DNA from: a virus
IMG/VR virus record: IMGVR_UViG_3300030397_000422
Span: 1 to 39,720 of that record
Length of the DNA stretch: 39,720 bases
Strand: one strand, 5' to 3'
How positions within the stretch are numbered: the stretch's first letter is position 1; each line of letters begins with the position of its first letter. The position numbers and the translations under genes were made by a program. The notes beneath the pieces were generated by a model, which saw only the letters and a list, made by a program, of their open reading frames with translations, did no database searches and was not told where the DNA came from. This document shows positions 1 to 7,618 of the stretch, piece by piece.

Positions 1-123
1 AACAAAGCCCTCTCGGGCCCGCTGAGTTTCCTTTTTTCTGTCCTCTCTCATTGCATCCTCCAACCAATATGTTTTCTGGTGTCTTCCCAGCTTACCCCCA
101 GGTTATGCACCTCGTGCAGGTGA
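1..123. repeat. Terminal redundancy copy 1 (exact duplicate of 39598..39720)
   Basis: aacaaagccctctcgggcccgctgag...cacctcgtgcaggtga is present at both window ends, 123/123 identical by eye. It lies inside coding sequence of two minus-strand genes, so it is most simply the assembly overlap of a circular or circularly permuted genome. Confidence 0.95.
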
Positions 124-386
124 GCCACCTCGTGGTAATACACCTCGTAATTTGAGCGATTGCTCATGCCGGTTAGCATGTAGACAGTGCCATCAGGAGT
201 AACACAGCCATTCACTCTGCCTGCCTTGCACACCTCCTGTATCTCGAACCAATCCAAGTAGATGATGCGCTTCACGTAGCGCTCAGCACTCCGAAGGGCT
301 GAAGACTCGTATGGCGGCGAGAATTGGCTCTGCGCGTTATAGGCACAACCACTAAGCAGAAGCAGTATTGCTATCATTCTGATCAT
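48..386 (-). CDS. Exported lipoprotein with HExxH motif (112 aa)
   Basis: The ATG has an AAGGAGA SD 6 nt upstream and overlaps the upstream stop (ATGA). N-terminus MIRMIAILLLLSGC is a signal peptide plus lipobox (L-S-G-C). HEVAH/HLHEVH cluster near the C-terminus. The stop (50..48) lies in the terminal repeat and overlaps the ATG of the 38866..39648 gene once circularised. Confidence 0.75.
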   Translation of the reverse strand: MIRMIAILLLLSGCAYNAQSQFSPPYESSALRSAERYVKRIIYLDWFEIQEVCKAGRVNGCVTPDGTVYMLTGMSNRSNYEVYYHEVAHLHEVHNLGVSWEDTRKHIGWRMQ

Positions 387-889
387 TTGCTTTCTCCTTG
401 GGAGAGGGCTTGCAGCTCATTGAGTGCATCGTCTAAATATTCCATGCCCGATACTCCTTGCGTTGTAAGTATTCGAGTTTTAATGGCTTCAATTGATGCG
501 GTAAGGGTTTCCCTACTAATACTCACCCTGTTGTTGTCTTGTTGGAGGGCTGCGTCCGCATATTCTCTGGCAGAGGTAAATTCATTTCCTTCCCATGACT
601 CATGGTCTATTTCAGGACAGTGGTGGCTTGCAGATTCAAATAGCGTTGGAGGTATTCGACCATTTTTTAGATAATTTCGAGCCATCTTGCCAAGCAACCA
701 ATATGCCTTTAATAGCTTATAAATTAGCTCACCGTTATCTGGAGCAGGGGCGCGGGTGTTCTGCCCTTGCTGGAACCAATAGAATGCTTGGTCTTTATCT
801 GTACCGCCTAGAATCCAGGGTTTGTCTGCCCAGTGATCTTTGAACTCGTCGCTATATTCGCTTTCTTCGTAAGGCTTTAGCTCACTCAT
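383..889 (-). CDS. Hypothetical early protein (168 aa)
   Basis: ORF-track 383..904 trimmed to ATG 889 (MSELKPYEE...), which has GGAGG about 6 nt upstream. Stop overlaps the next start. No domain recognised. Confidence 0.7.
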   Translation of the reverse strand: MSELKPYEESEYSDEFKDHWADKPWILGGTDKDQAFYWFQQGQNTRAPAPDNGELIYKLLKAYWLLGKMARNYLKNGRIPPTLFESASHHCPEIDHESWEGNEFTSAREYADAALQQDNNRVSISRETLTASIEAIKTRILTTQGVSGMEYLDDALNELQALSQGESK

Positions 890-1025
890 TATCAGCCTCC
901 ACAAATTTGATTGGGCTAAAATCGCACCATGTATTGCTGCCCTTGACTTGGAATAGCATGTGGCATCTATCGAAGTGAACGCAATCCTTGCACGTTTTTC
1001 CTTCTGGTAAATCCATATCTTCCAT
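882..1025 (-). CDS. Small Cys-rich protein (47 aa, below ORF-track cutoff)
   Basis: Hand translation: MEDMDLPEGKTCKDCVHFDRCHMLFQVKGSNTWCDFSPIKFVEADNE. ATG 1025 overlaps the upstream stop (TAATG) and stop 884..882 overlaps ATG 889 of the next gene (ATGAGTGA). It fills the only gap in this operon. Confidence 0.45.
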   Translation of the reverse strand: MEDMDLPEGKTCKDCVHFDRCHMLFQVKGSNTWCDFSPIKFVEADNE

Positions 1026-1681
1026 TACTCAACTCCCTGAAGGTGGTCTAAGACCAAATTCATTAGCTTCGTGGAAATTGTGCGTGTTGGGTATCCATCA
1101 TCTAGCCCCGGCTCCATTTCTGTTTTCAGTCTTTCAATCAGCTCCGCATCTGTAGAGCCAGTGTGGACAACCAATGACGGGAGCGGTTCACCATTCTTGT
1201 AAGGAATAATCTCATTGGCATGATCGGAACTGGCTAGAATGCAATCAGCACTTACCAGAGAATCTATCGCCCCTTCGATCATCACTTTTTCGGACGCATC
1301 TGTAGAGCGATTGAGGGCGTTGAGAACAATCTCGGTATATAAAGGCCCAATCTCACCAATTGCTTGATTGCTTTGCCTGTCTGCGACAATTGCCATCCCG
1401 TTTGGCTTTTCTCCCCATGTGTAATACCGCTCCTGCTTCTGCTCCTTCAGCCCAAAAGCACAATTTCCGCAAGTCTTGGTAAATCCCTCAATTCCGCATT
1501 TGGGGCATTTATGTTCCTCTGAGTGTTCGGTCATGGTGTTAATCTCTTCTTCGTGGGCGGCTATATCTGCCCCATGCTGGAGCATTTGACTTAATCCGCT
1601 TGCCTCATCGGTTCTGTCCATTGCTTCTAGCGCACAAGAGCAGCTATACAATGGTTTTCTACAAATCTCGCAATCACTCAC
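1025..1681 (-). CDS. Hypothetical Cys-cluster protein (218 aa)
   Basis: CEIC..CSC at the N-terminus and CPKC..CGNC further in suggest zinc-ribbon elements. The rest has no recognisable domain. 8-nt overlap with the upstream gene. Confidence 0.75.
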   Translation of the reverse strand: MSDCEICRKPLYSCSCALEAMDRTDEASGLSQMLQHGADIAAHEEEINTMTEHSEEHKCPKCGIEGFTKTCGNCAFGLKEQKQERYYTWGEKPNGMAIVADRQSNQAIGEIGPLYTEIVLNALNRSTDASEKVMIEGAIDSLVSADCILASSDHANEIIPYKNGEPLPSLVVHTGSTDAELIERLKTEMEPGLDDGYPTRTISTKLMNLVLDHLQGVE

Positions 1682-1862
1682 GGCTATTCTCCTGTGCTAG
1701 TAGCTGGTACAGCGCCTTGTCAAAACTAGACGGCCTTCCTGTATCTGCAATTCGCTGGATTCCTGCTCTCAATCTCTCTATCTCTTCTTGTTGGGATTCA
1801 ATATGTTCAGCAACATCCTCTAGGTTGTCGTTTCTGAGCTGCTGAAGGATTCGCTCATTCAT
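1674..1862 (-). CDS. Hypothetical coiled-coil protein (62 aa)
   Basis: Charged heptad-like sequence (QQEEIERLRAGIQRI). Tight packing in the operon. Confidence 0.6.
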   Translation of the reverse strand: MNERILQQLRNDNLEDVAEHIESQQEEIERLRAGIQRIADTGRPSSFDKALYQLLAQENSRE

Positions 1863-1866
1863 CTAT

Positions 1867-2052
1867 CTATTTCTCTTCCGTCTCTATCTTTGCCCCTTCT
1901 TCATCCACCAGAATCGGGCCACAGTTTTCACACAATGCTTGATAGCCAAATCCAGGCTGTAGCGGCTCTGCATCTTTGCCCCCAAGATTTTTTAAATCTC
2001 CGTGGTCTTTTCCAAACATTTCTATAGAGCAAGATTTACAAAAATCAGCCAT
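1867..2052 (-). CDS. Small zinc-ribbon-like protein (61 aa)
   Basis: CKSC near the N-terminus and CENC near the C-terminus (two CxxC pairs). Confidence 0.6.
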   Translation of the reverse strand: MADFCKSCSIEMFGKDHGDLKNLGGKDAEPLQPGFGYQALCENCGPILVDEEGAKIETEEK

Positions 2053-2076
2053 TTTCTATTCCTCTATATGGTGGGG

Positions 2077-2361
2077 TTACCCTTCTTTGAGTTCCCGCAG
2101 TTCAAAAAATCCAGCATGATCCTGGTGCAGATGCAGAAACAACCTGGCGTAGTACGCGAAATAGTTGTTATTAATCTTAAAATCGTCTGCCTTAGTCTTG
2201 ATCATGTGGTTCCAGCGAATCTGGTTGCAAATCAGCCAATGGGAGCACTTCGGTACCCCCAGGCTGATTAGGTGAAGGGCAAGCCTCTCAAACTCCGCAT
2301 ACACGTGCGGATTCTGCTTATGGTAGGCCCACCACTTCTTTTTGGCCTCGCTATGCGACAT
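2077..2361 (-). CDS. Hypothetical protein (94 aa)
   Basis: ORF-track 2077..2586 trimmed to ATG 2361 (MSHSEAKKKWWAYHKQNPHVY...). The longer version would run through the upstream gene. 11-nt overlap with that gene's end. Confidence 0.6.
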   Translation of the reverse strand: MSHSEAKKKWWAYHKQNPHVYAEFERLALHLISLGVPKCSHWLICNQIRWNHMIKTKADDFKINNNYFAYYARLFLHLHQDHAGFFELRELKEG

Positions 2362-2926
2362 CCTCTTCCTCGATATCGTCAGCGGATCCCAGGGCGTCTT
2401 CGTCGCTGATATCGTCGGGGTCGATATCATCAACACCCGGCAGGGCATCATCGTCCTCGAGCTCGTCTTCGTCGATTCCCAGATTATCCAGCGCCTCGGC
2501 CACTGGGTCTTCCTCAGCATCAAAGTCCAGCTCAGGCTCAGCAGGATCAGCCATTTCGTTGGCGCTATACAGTGATCCATTGTCACTGATTACGATAATG
2601 ACATCGGTGCCCACAGCATCAGCCAGGTCATGCTTGGCTTCTTGATGGTTGGGTATCTCCAGAGCGGCTTTTACACCACCCTTGAACGTCACTGATTCCA
2701 CCTTGGCCTTGAGTGCTGTCTGGCCGTTAGTAGCCACGTGATCCGCTACCTGAGTGAGCACGCTATGGCACTCCTGCTTGATGCGGTACAGATACTCGCC
2801 CTGCTCGGTCTCGCTGAGCTCTTGCCAGGGCTTCTGCATGGATTTCACCTGATCGAGTACAGCTTTCACCATATCTCCCAGGCAGTTCTCTGCCGTGATT
2901 TCGGCAGGGGTTCGATCATCTGTCAT
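2351..2926 (-). CDS. Hypothetical protein with extremely acidic C-terminal tail (191 aa)
   Basis: ORF-track 2351..3013 trimmed to ATG 2926 (MTDDRTPAEI...) with AGGAG 7 nt upstream. The last ~65 aa are almost entirely D/E (…DFDAEEDPVAEALDNLGIDEDELEDDDALPGVDDIDPDDISDEDALGSADDIEEEDVA). Confidence 0.75.
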   Translation of the reverse strand: MTDDRTPAEITAENCLGDMVKAVLDQVKSMQKPWQELSETEQGEYLYRIKQECHSVLTQVADHVATNGQTALKAKVESVTFKGGVKAALEIPNHQEAKHDLADAVGTDVIIVISDNGSLYSANEMADPAEPELDFDAEEDPVAEALDNLGIDEDELEDDDALPGVDDIDPDDISDEDALGSADDIEEEDVA

Positions 2927-2936
2927 AGGTATGCTC

Positions 2937-3206
2937 CTAGTGCAAATGGTTGGTAGTTGGTGGAGTCTCCCCACCGGTTGAACCAGCCTCAATGGTCTCG
3001 AGGATTGGCACAAGGCGGTTAATCACCTCCAGTGTGTCACTCAGTTCCATGTTGCTGATATGCTGAATCTGGCCGCCGTGGTTCCCGTCAGTGAGCACTA
3101 ACAAGAAAGGCACGTCTTCGCCAGTTATGGTCTGCAGGGCTTTATCGATCGCGGCAGCCATGCCAGGGACCTTACCCTCCAGTTTTTTCTTAGTTTCATC
3201 ATCCAT
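2937..3206 (-). CDS. Hypothetical protein (89 aa)
   Basis: Intact ORF in operon register. No motif recognised. Confidence 0.65.
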   Translation of the reverse strand: MDDETKKKLEGKVPGMAAAIDKALQTITGEDVPFLLVLTDGNHGGQIQHISNMELSDTLEVINRLVPILETIEAGSTGGETPPTTNHLH

Positions 3207-3409
3207 CAGTGTTGCCTCTGACTTGTCAGGTGCCAGTTACCGCACATTGGGCACTGGTAGTAAGCCACGCATCCAGCCCGCTTGCCTTTCTTCAGGGCCT
3301 GCCTGGCCTCTCGCTCACTGAGGTATTTGCGCTTTGCACAGTAGGTGCCATTCTCATCCTTGATAAACGGCACCTTACCCCACTTATTACCCACGCTATT
3401 TGTTCTCAC
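3206..3409 (-). CDS. Small zinc-ribbon protein (67 aa)
   Basis: C-terminal YYQCPMCGNWHLTS with upstream Cys residues. Basic composition. Confidence 0.65.
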   Translation of the reverse strand: MRTNSVGNKWGKVPFIKDENGTYCAKRKYLSEREARQALKKGKRAGCVAYYQCPMCGNWHLTSQRQH

Positions 3410-3845
3410 GGGCCAATCTCTTTTTCAGGCCCTTAGCACCCGGGCTATTCTCACCAGTCCTGCTTTTGCAATACGCTATATACCCGGGCATGTTTAGATT
3501 TTCTTTTTGTGTGCCCCATTTTAGATTTTCGGGCTTGTTGTTAAGGGCGTTTTCATCAAGGTGGATAACAACTGCTCTATCGAATGGTGGCGGCCCATGA
3601 AAAGCCTCGCACACCAATCGATGAACTTTTATATTTCCATAAAACTTGGTGATCATTCCCATGTGTTGGTGCCTAGCATTCTTAGAAGCCTTGGTCTTTG
3701 TTCCATAGGTGGGATTTGGTTTGTATTCCCTCACCCCACCATTTGGCATGGCTGCCTTTCTAGGAGGCAGCAGAACTCTCCCTAAGCTACTAGCCATAAT
3801 TCCCGGCTTTGATGGCACCTTTTTCCAAACTTCAATTTTAGACAT
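3396..3845 (-). CDS. HNH homing endonuclease (149 aa)
   Basis: ORF-track 3396..3944 trimmed to ATG 3845 (MSKIEVWKKVP...). NUMOD4-like N-terminus (EVWKKVPSKPGIMASSLGRVL). HNH_3-type core VHRLVCEAFHGPPP...VIHLDENALNNKPENLKWGTQKENL. Locally AT-richer than its neighbours. Sits between ssb and a small gene. Confidence 0.85.
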   Translation of the reverse strand: MSKIEVWKKVPSKPGIMASSLGRVLLPPRKAAMPNGGVREYKPNPTYGTKTKASKNARHQHMGMITKFYGNIKVHRLVCEAFHGPPPFDRAVVIHLDENALNNKPENLKWGTQKENLNMPGYIAYCKSRTGENSPGAKGLKKRLARENK

Positions 3846-3871
3846 GATAAACTTCAATTTTAGACATGATA
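3828..3871. repeat. Perfect 22-bp tandem duplication spanning the HNH start codon
   Basis: aacttcaattttagacatgata occurs at 3828..3849 and again at 3850..3871. On the minus strand this reads ATCATGTCTAAAATTGAAGTTT twice. Confidence 0.9.
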
Positions 3872-3882
3872 ATAAATCATAC

Positions 3883-4335
3883 CTAAAAAGGTATGTCGTC
3901 CTCAAAGTTGTCGAAATTGCTTGGCGCAGAGGCGCTACCCGCACTCCCTGCGGGCTGCGCTGCTTGCGCCGGTGGGGCCGATTGGCTTGCTCCTTGCTGG
4001 GGGGAGGTATTCCGCGAGTCCAGCATCTGCAGGTTTTGCACCACGATTTCAGTCATGTAGTGCTTCTGGCCATCTTGTTCCCAGTTTCTGGTCTGGAGCT
4101 TCCCTTCCACATAGACCTTGCTGCCCTTCTTCAGGTATTGCTCAATGATTTCAGCAGTGCGCTTGAATGCCACCAATTTGTGCCACTCAGTCTTTTCCTT
4201 CTTCTCGCCGTCCTTCTCCCAGGTCTCGCTGGTAGCGATACTGAAATTGGCCACGGCATTGCCGTTAGGCATGTATCTGACTTCTGGATCACCGCCCAGA
4301 TTCCCAATAATGATTACTTTATTCACTCCCGACAT
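3883..4335 (-). CDS. ssb: Single-stranded DNA-binding protein
   Basis: Bacterial-type OB-fold N-terminus ([31 protein letters not shown]...[13 protein letters not shown]), G/Q/P/A-rich linker and the canonical acidic tip NFEDDIPF. Confidence 0.95.
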   Translation of the reverse strand: MSGVNKVIIIGNLGGDPEVRYMPNGNAVANFSIATSETWEKDGEKKEKTEWHKLVAFKRTAEIIEQYLKKGSKVYVEGKLQTRNWEQDGQKHYMTEIVVQNLQMLDSRNTSPQQGASQSAPPAQAAQPAGSAGSASAPSNFDNFEDDIPF

Positions 4336-4522
4336 GGGTCACCTCTTTGATTTTCAATTGATATCCAGTACCAAAGCTGGCAGCGCCTCGCGGGCCCTGG
4401 GCAGCGATAACCACCCTGAATCCTTGCTTTTTAGCGATATCCAGCTGCAATTCCAGAACTTTTAATGCCTCACCAATCCGCGTTTCTACCTGCTCTGCTG
4501 TCAACTCAGTGCTCTTTGTCAT
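4319..4522 (-). CDS. Hypothetical protein (67 aa)
   Basis: ORF-track 4319..4555 trimmed to ATG 4522 ([11 protein letters not shown]...) with AAGGA upstream. Overlaps both neighbours by 17 nt. Confidence 0.5.
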   Translation of the reverse strand: MTKSTELTAEQVETRIGEALKVLELQLDIAKKQGFRVVIAAQGPRGAASFGTGYQLKIKEVTHVGSE

Positions 4523-4724
4523 TTTTGTCCTTATACCTCTTGTCCAGTGCGGCATTCGCCTGCCGCGCCATTGTTAAAATCACAGTCCTCGTATGTAGAT
4601 CGATATCTGCGCCAGAGAGAATTTGCATCAGCTCGATATGGTACTCCATTGCCCCATTAGACTTGGCCACCCGGGTAACCTCTTCCAGGTGCGCCTGGAG
4701 TGCATTTTCATAGTCGGCGTTCAT
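4506..4724 (-). CDS. Hypothetical protein (72 aa)
   Basis: Intact ORF. Start overlaps the stop of the annealase gene (4-nt overlap). Confidence 0.6.
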   Translation of the reverse strand: MNADYENALQAHLEEVTRVAKSNGAMEYHIELMQILSGADIDLHTRTVILTMARQANAALDKRYKDKNDKEH

Positions 4725-5473
4725 TTCTGCGCCCTCGCCAGCTCTACCAGAAAATCAGTGGAGCGGATAACTGTCTTGGTCTCCTGATCCAGCATTCCCC
4801 CAGAGCTCACAGCAAGCCACAGGTGCGCTTGATCGATATCAGTGATCTGACACCAGTGCTCGGCAGCAATATCCAGCTGGCCCTGCTTAATGTGCTCAAT
4901 CGTGGCCAGGAATGCCTCTTCGTTCTCAGCGTAGGCAGCTGCATACTTCTGCTGCTTGCCCGGCATGAGCCACTTCTCATAGTTGGCATTCAGTTCCTTA
5001 ATTGCAGCATCAGTGAAGACATACGACTTACCACGCTTCACGATAGCAGCCCACCAGTTAGGCGATCGGTATAGATAGCGGCCAATGCCCCAAGGTACAG
5101 CTGCTCGCTTAAAGGCGTCACTGTACGCGCCCTTGTCGGCCTCGTAGTCAGTATCACCAGCACCATTAGATTTCCACACCCACTCAGACTGCTCTACTGG
5201 CTGAGGCAACAACACACCGCCCCCGGCATCCATCATTATCTGCTTTGTTGCCACCCTAATACCGATTTCGCAGGTGAGTTTCTTACCATCAGACCATGGG
5301 TAGCGCGACTGCCAGTTAGAGCGGCCGCAGACATTATCAAGCCTGTCCTCCACGTCTCTGGCATTCAGGTAGGCCAGCGCCATCCCTGCAGACTTATCTT
5401 GCTTGGTGGATCCCACACGCCAGTGAATCTGGCTGTGATGGAATGGCTCAGCTAGTAGCTCTAAATCTTTCAT
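4721..5473 (-). CDS. Rad52/Rad22-family single-strand annealing protein (250 aa)
   Basis: Rad52-family signature by eye: FHHSQIHWRVGS...AYLNARDVEDRLDNVCGRSNWQSRY...CEIGI...KGAYSDAFKRAAVPWGIGRYLY. Confidence 0.85.
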   Translation of the reverse strand: MKDLELLAEPFHHSQIHWRVGSTKQDKSAGMALAYLNARDVEDRLDNVCGRSNWQSRYPWSDGKKLTCEIGIRVATKQIMMDAGGGVLLPQPVEQSEWVWKSNGAGDTDYEADKGAYSDAFKRAAVPWGIGRYLYRSPNWWAAIVKRGKSYVFTDAAIKELNANYEKWLMPGKQQKYAAAYAENEEAFLATIEHIKQGQLDIAAEHWCQITDIDQAHLWLAVSSGGMLDQETKTVIRSTDFLVELARAQK

Positions 5474-5709
5474 CGTTCCCCTCTCTTAATTTCTTCTCCG
5501 TCAATAGCATTACCCATTTGCTCTGCTATCGCCGCTTCGTGTTGGTCGGTTAGCCTTTCCTCTTCCATGGTCAAGGTGTCGAAGTGCTGCTCATATTGCT
5601 GCCACTCACTCGAATCCTTGGGATAGGGGTTCTCATTGCTGCCAAATCTGAAATCCCACTCAGCTCGGGCTGCAGGGCTCATTGCCTGCTGGTCTCTATG
5701 GTGACTCAT
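5470..5709 (-). CDS. Hypothetical protein (79 aa)
   Basis: ORF-track 5470..5823 trimmed to ATG 5709 (MSHHRDQQ...) with GGAGG 9 nt upstream. An alternative ATG at 5718 abuts the SD. Confidence 0.5.
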   Translation of the reverse strand: MSHHRDQQAMSPAARAEWDFRFGSNENPYPKDSSEWQQYEQHFDTLTMEEERLTDQHEAAIAEQMGNAIDGEEIKRGER

Positions 5710-6079
5710 TTTGCTCATCCTCCACCTCTTTTGGCTCCCGCAGGATTCCATCAAACTCTTCGATAAGCTGCTGCACCCGGTTGCAGACTTCACCAATAGT
5801 GCCCTCAAACTCAAACTGCTCATTCCACCACAGCTCGGCGGCTCGCTGTCTTGCCCGCCTTCTCACCCTGGCATTCAGGTCGCGTTTCAATTTATCGCGC
5901 AGCGATTCATTACAACTCATTATCACCATGCTTCGATCGCCTGGAAATAGGTCGTGCCGATAGGTACAAAGCAGCTCGCGCTTTTTCTCCCAGATCATCG
6001 ATACTTGAGCACATAGATACTTGGCCTCTTCGCTTTCCTCGGAATAGGGCTCAGTAAAAAATTCAGCAACATATTTCAC
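5696..6079 (-). CDS. Hypothetical protein (127 aa)
   Basis: Intact ORF in operon register. Basic helix (RVRRRARQRAAELWW). No domain recognised. Confidence 0.7.
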   Translation of the reverse strand: MKYVAEFFTEPYSEESEEAKYLCAQVSMIWEKKRELLCTYRHDLFPGDRSMVIMSCNESLRDKLKRDLNARVRRRARQRAAELWWNEQFEFEGTIGEVCNRVQQLIEEFDGILREPKEVEDEQNESP

Positions 6080-6324
6080 GATTCACCTCGCTTGCTCAGC
6101 TCTTCTTCAAATGGTTTTAAGTATGCTTTCAAGTGATTCAATTTTTTCCGATTTATTATATTGATAGAGTTTTGAATATGGCCTGACTCCATTTCAGATA
6201 TTGGAATACGTACACCATCTGCCTTTACCCAGACCCCTGCATTCACTAAATCATCTATCTCTAATTCTCTTCGGGCTAATTCAATCATTTCATTTTCAAA
6301 ACACCAATCAGCCATATCGCCCAT
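6076..6324 (-). CDS. Hypothetical protein (82 aa), AT-rich gene
   Basis: Intact ORF with a 4-nt overlap to the next gene. Visibly lower GC than its flanks (6100-6320). Confidence 0.6.
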   Translation of the reverse strand: MGDMADWCFENEMIELARRELEIDDLVNAGVWVKADGVRIPISEMESGHIQNSINIINRKKLNHLKAYLKPFEEELSKRGES

Positions 6325-6325
6325 G

Positions 6326-6688
6326 TCACTGACCTCGCTTGCGATCTTTACCTATCGCGTCATAAGCATCGTTATTGAACATTTCTTCGGCTGGCTCAGC
6401 CTCGCACTCATCGCAGCCCTTCACAGGCTCGAAGTCGTGGTACTTATCGTGATGGTGCTCTAGTAGGTACTTCTCCAGAGCTTTTCGGATAATGGCGCCA
6501 GCGGCGGCGTCATATTTGATTGCCTTCTCAGGATTGAGGCTTTCAGAAGAGATATCGAAGCACTCTAAAATGCGCTCGTGATCCCCGTCCTCCATATAGT
6601 TTCCTACCACCATGGGCAGCAAACTTTCTTTAAAAGAGCTGTTAGCCTGCTGGGCATCAAACTCTTCCCGTGCTTCTTCGAATGCCAT
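6326..6688 (-). CDS. Acidic first gene of the leftward early operon (120 aa)
   Basis: GGGGAGGTG SD 5 nt upstream of ATG 6688. About a quarter of the residues are D/E. No DNA-binding motif. Confidence 0.75.
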   Translation of the reverse strand: MAFEEAREEFDAQQANSSFKESLLPMVVGNYMEDGDHERILECFDISSESLNPEKAIKYDAAAGAIIRKALEKYLLEHHHDKYHDFEPVKGCDECEAEPAEEMFNNDAYDAIGKDRKRGQ

Positions 6689-6717
6689 GATTCACCTCCC
6701 CGTGATCTATAAAAGCA

Positions 6718-6747
6718 TTGATCTTGTAAAGCATTATGGGGCATACT
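6718..6747 (+). promoter_or_regulatory. Candidate rightward promoter (weaker match)
   Basis: TTGATC (6718..6723), 18-nt spacer, CATACT (6742..6747), face-to-face with the leftward promoter. AAAGCATT repeats at 6712..6719 and 6728..6735. Confidence 0.3.
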
Positions 6748-6760
6748 ACGGAAAAGTCAA
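6733..6760 (-). promoter_or_regulatory. Candidate sigma70-type leftward early promoter
   Basis: Read on the minus strand: TTGACT (6760..6755), 16-nt spacer, CATAAT (6738..6733), about 45 nt upstream of ATG 6688. The -10 overlaps one copy of the AAAGCATT direct repeat. Confidence 0.45.
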
Positions 6761-6790
6761 ACATTAAATCCACAAAAGGATAGATAGTAG

Positions 6791-7012
6791 ATGAAAGCTA
6801 TTAGACGGAATATCCTGGCTTGGCTGCGACACAAGCAGAATTTCCAGAAGGACTTGGCCAGGGAAATGGACGTATCGACCCAGCGCATGAGCCAGCTGGT
6901 TGCAGACCATCCTGATGCCGTAGTGGTATATCACGGCAAATACATCGATCGAATTGAGTACACTATTCCCAGAGTGCTCTACTCCAAACACCACCATGCA
7001 GGTAAAACATGA
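6791..7012 (+). CDS. Cro/YdaS-like helix-turn-helix regulator (73 aa)
   Basis: First gene of the rightward operon. The HTH segment FQKDLAREMDVSTQRMSQLV has typical spacing for a Cro-type fold. Confidence 0.7.
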   Translation: MKAIRRNILAWLRHKQNFQKDLAREMDVSTQRMSQLVADHPDAVVVYHGKYIDRIEYTIPRVLYSKHHHAGKT

Positions 7013-7305
7013 GCGGCAGCAATCGAAAGGATCGGCGGGCCGCTGAGGCTTGCGCACGCAAGAACAAGAGCAAGGATCAGCGCGATCCCGAGAAATTAGC
7101 CCAGATAATGGAAGACAGGGGCAAATTGGTGCTGCTTGATATCCTGATTGATGGCTGTGAGCAGCAGGATCAGGAAGCCACTATCACTTTTGGTGATCTA
7201 CATGGCATGTATGAGCAGCTGAAAAAGGACCTAGTTGAAGCGGCTGGCCAGGATTCGAAGCCGGAAGAAGAGGAAGAGGAAAGCCGTATTATCACTCTGA
7301 ATTGA
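7009..7305 (+). CDS. Hypothetical protein (98 aa)
   Basis: ATGA overlap with the previous gene. Basic N-terminus and acidic C-terminus (PEEEEEES). Confidence 0.7.
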   Translation: MSGSNRKDRRAAEACARKNKSKDQRDPEKLAQIMEDRGKLVLLDILIDGCEQQDQEATITFGDLHGMYEQLKKDLVEAAGQDSKPEEEEEESRIITLN

Positions 7306-7618
7306 GTGACAGCGGGGGAGGTTACCAGCCTCAATAACATTCGCAGGGACAGACACCGTAGAAAAACCCGCCGCACGGGCTAATTCTATGGAATGGTGAC
7401 GGGGATAACAACGGCAGCCGAAAATGCGAGAATCGATAGTACCAACGCTCTGAGGGCGGCGATAAACACCGAAAGTGGACACAACACGGGGGGCCTGGCC
7501 GGGCCATTCAAGGATTGATAAACCGGTGGTGATATTTGGTATTAGGGATTACAGGCGGAAGATTTCTCGAGGGTGTCCCAACCGCCCTCTAAATGACAAC
7601 TATGCACGGGGAAAAAGC
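7306..7618. other. 313-bp non-coding region (candidate origin / regulatory RNA region)
   Basis: The only long gap in the rightward operon. GATAAC 7404..7409, GATAAAC 7461..7467 and GATAAAC 7517..7523 are spaced 57 and 56 bp. GAGGGCGG (7452..7459) is complementary to CCGCCCTC (7582..7589). ORFs listed here on both strands look spurious. Confidence 0.5.

Noticed and set aside
1-123. Possibility that the 123-bp repeat is a genuine T7-style direct terminal repeat marking physical genome ends
   Set aside because: The repeat lies entirely within coding sequence. It also joins a stop and start overlap (ATGA) of two co-oriented genes, which only makes sense on a continuous molecule. Read-level evidence is still needed.
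3709-4350. Plus-strand 213-aa ORF
   Set aside because: It is a shadow ORF antisense to ssb and the HNH gene, both of which have unambiguous motifs.
6764-7057. Minus-strand 97-aa ORF across the early control region
   Set aside because: It is antisense to the Cro-like gene and spans the promoter region, and its composition is poor. The plus-strand HTH gene explains the region.
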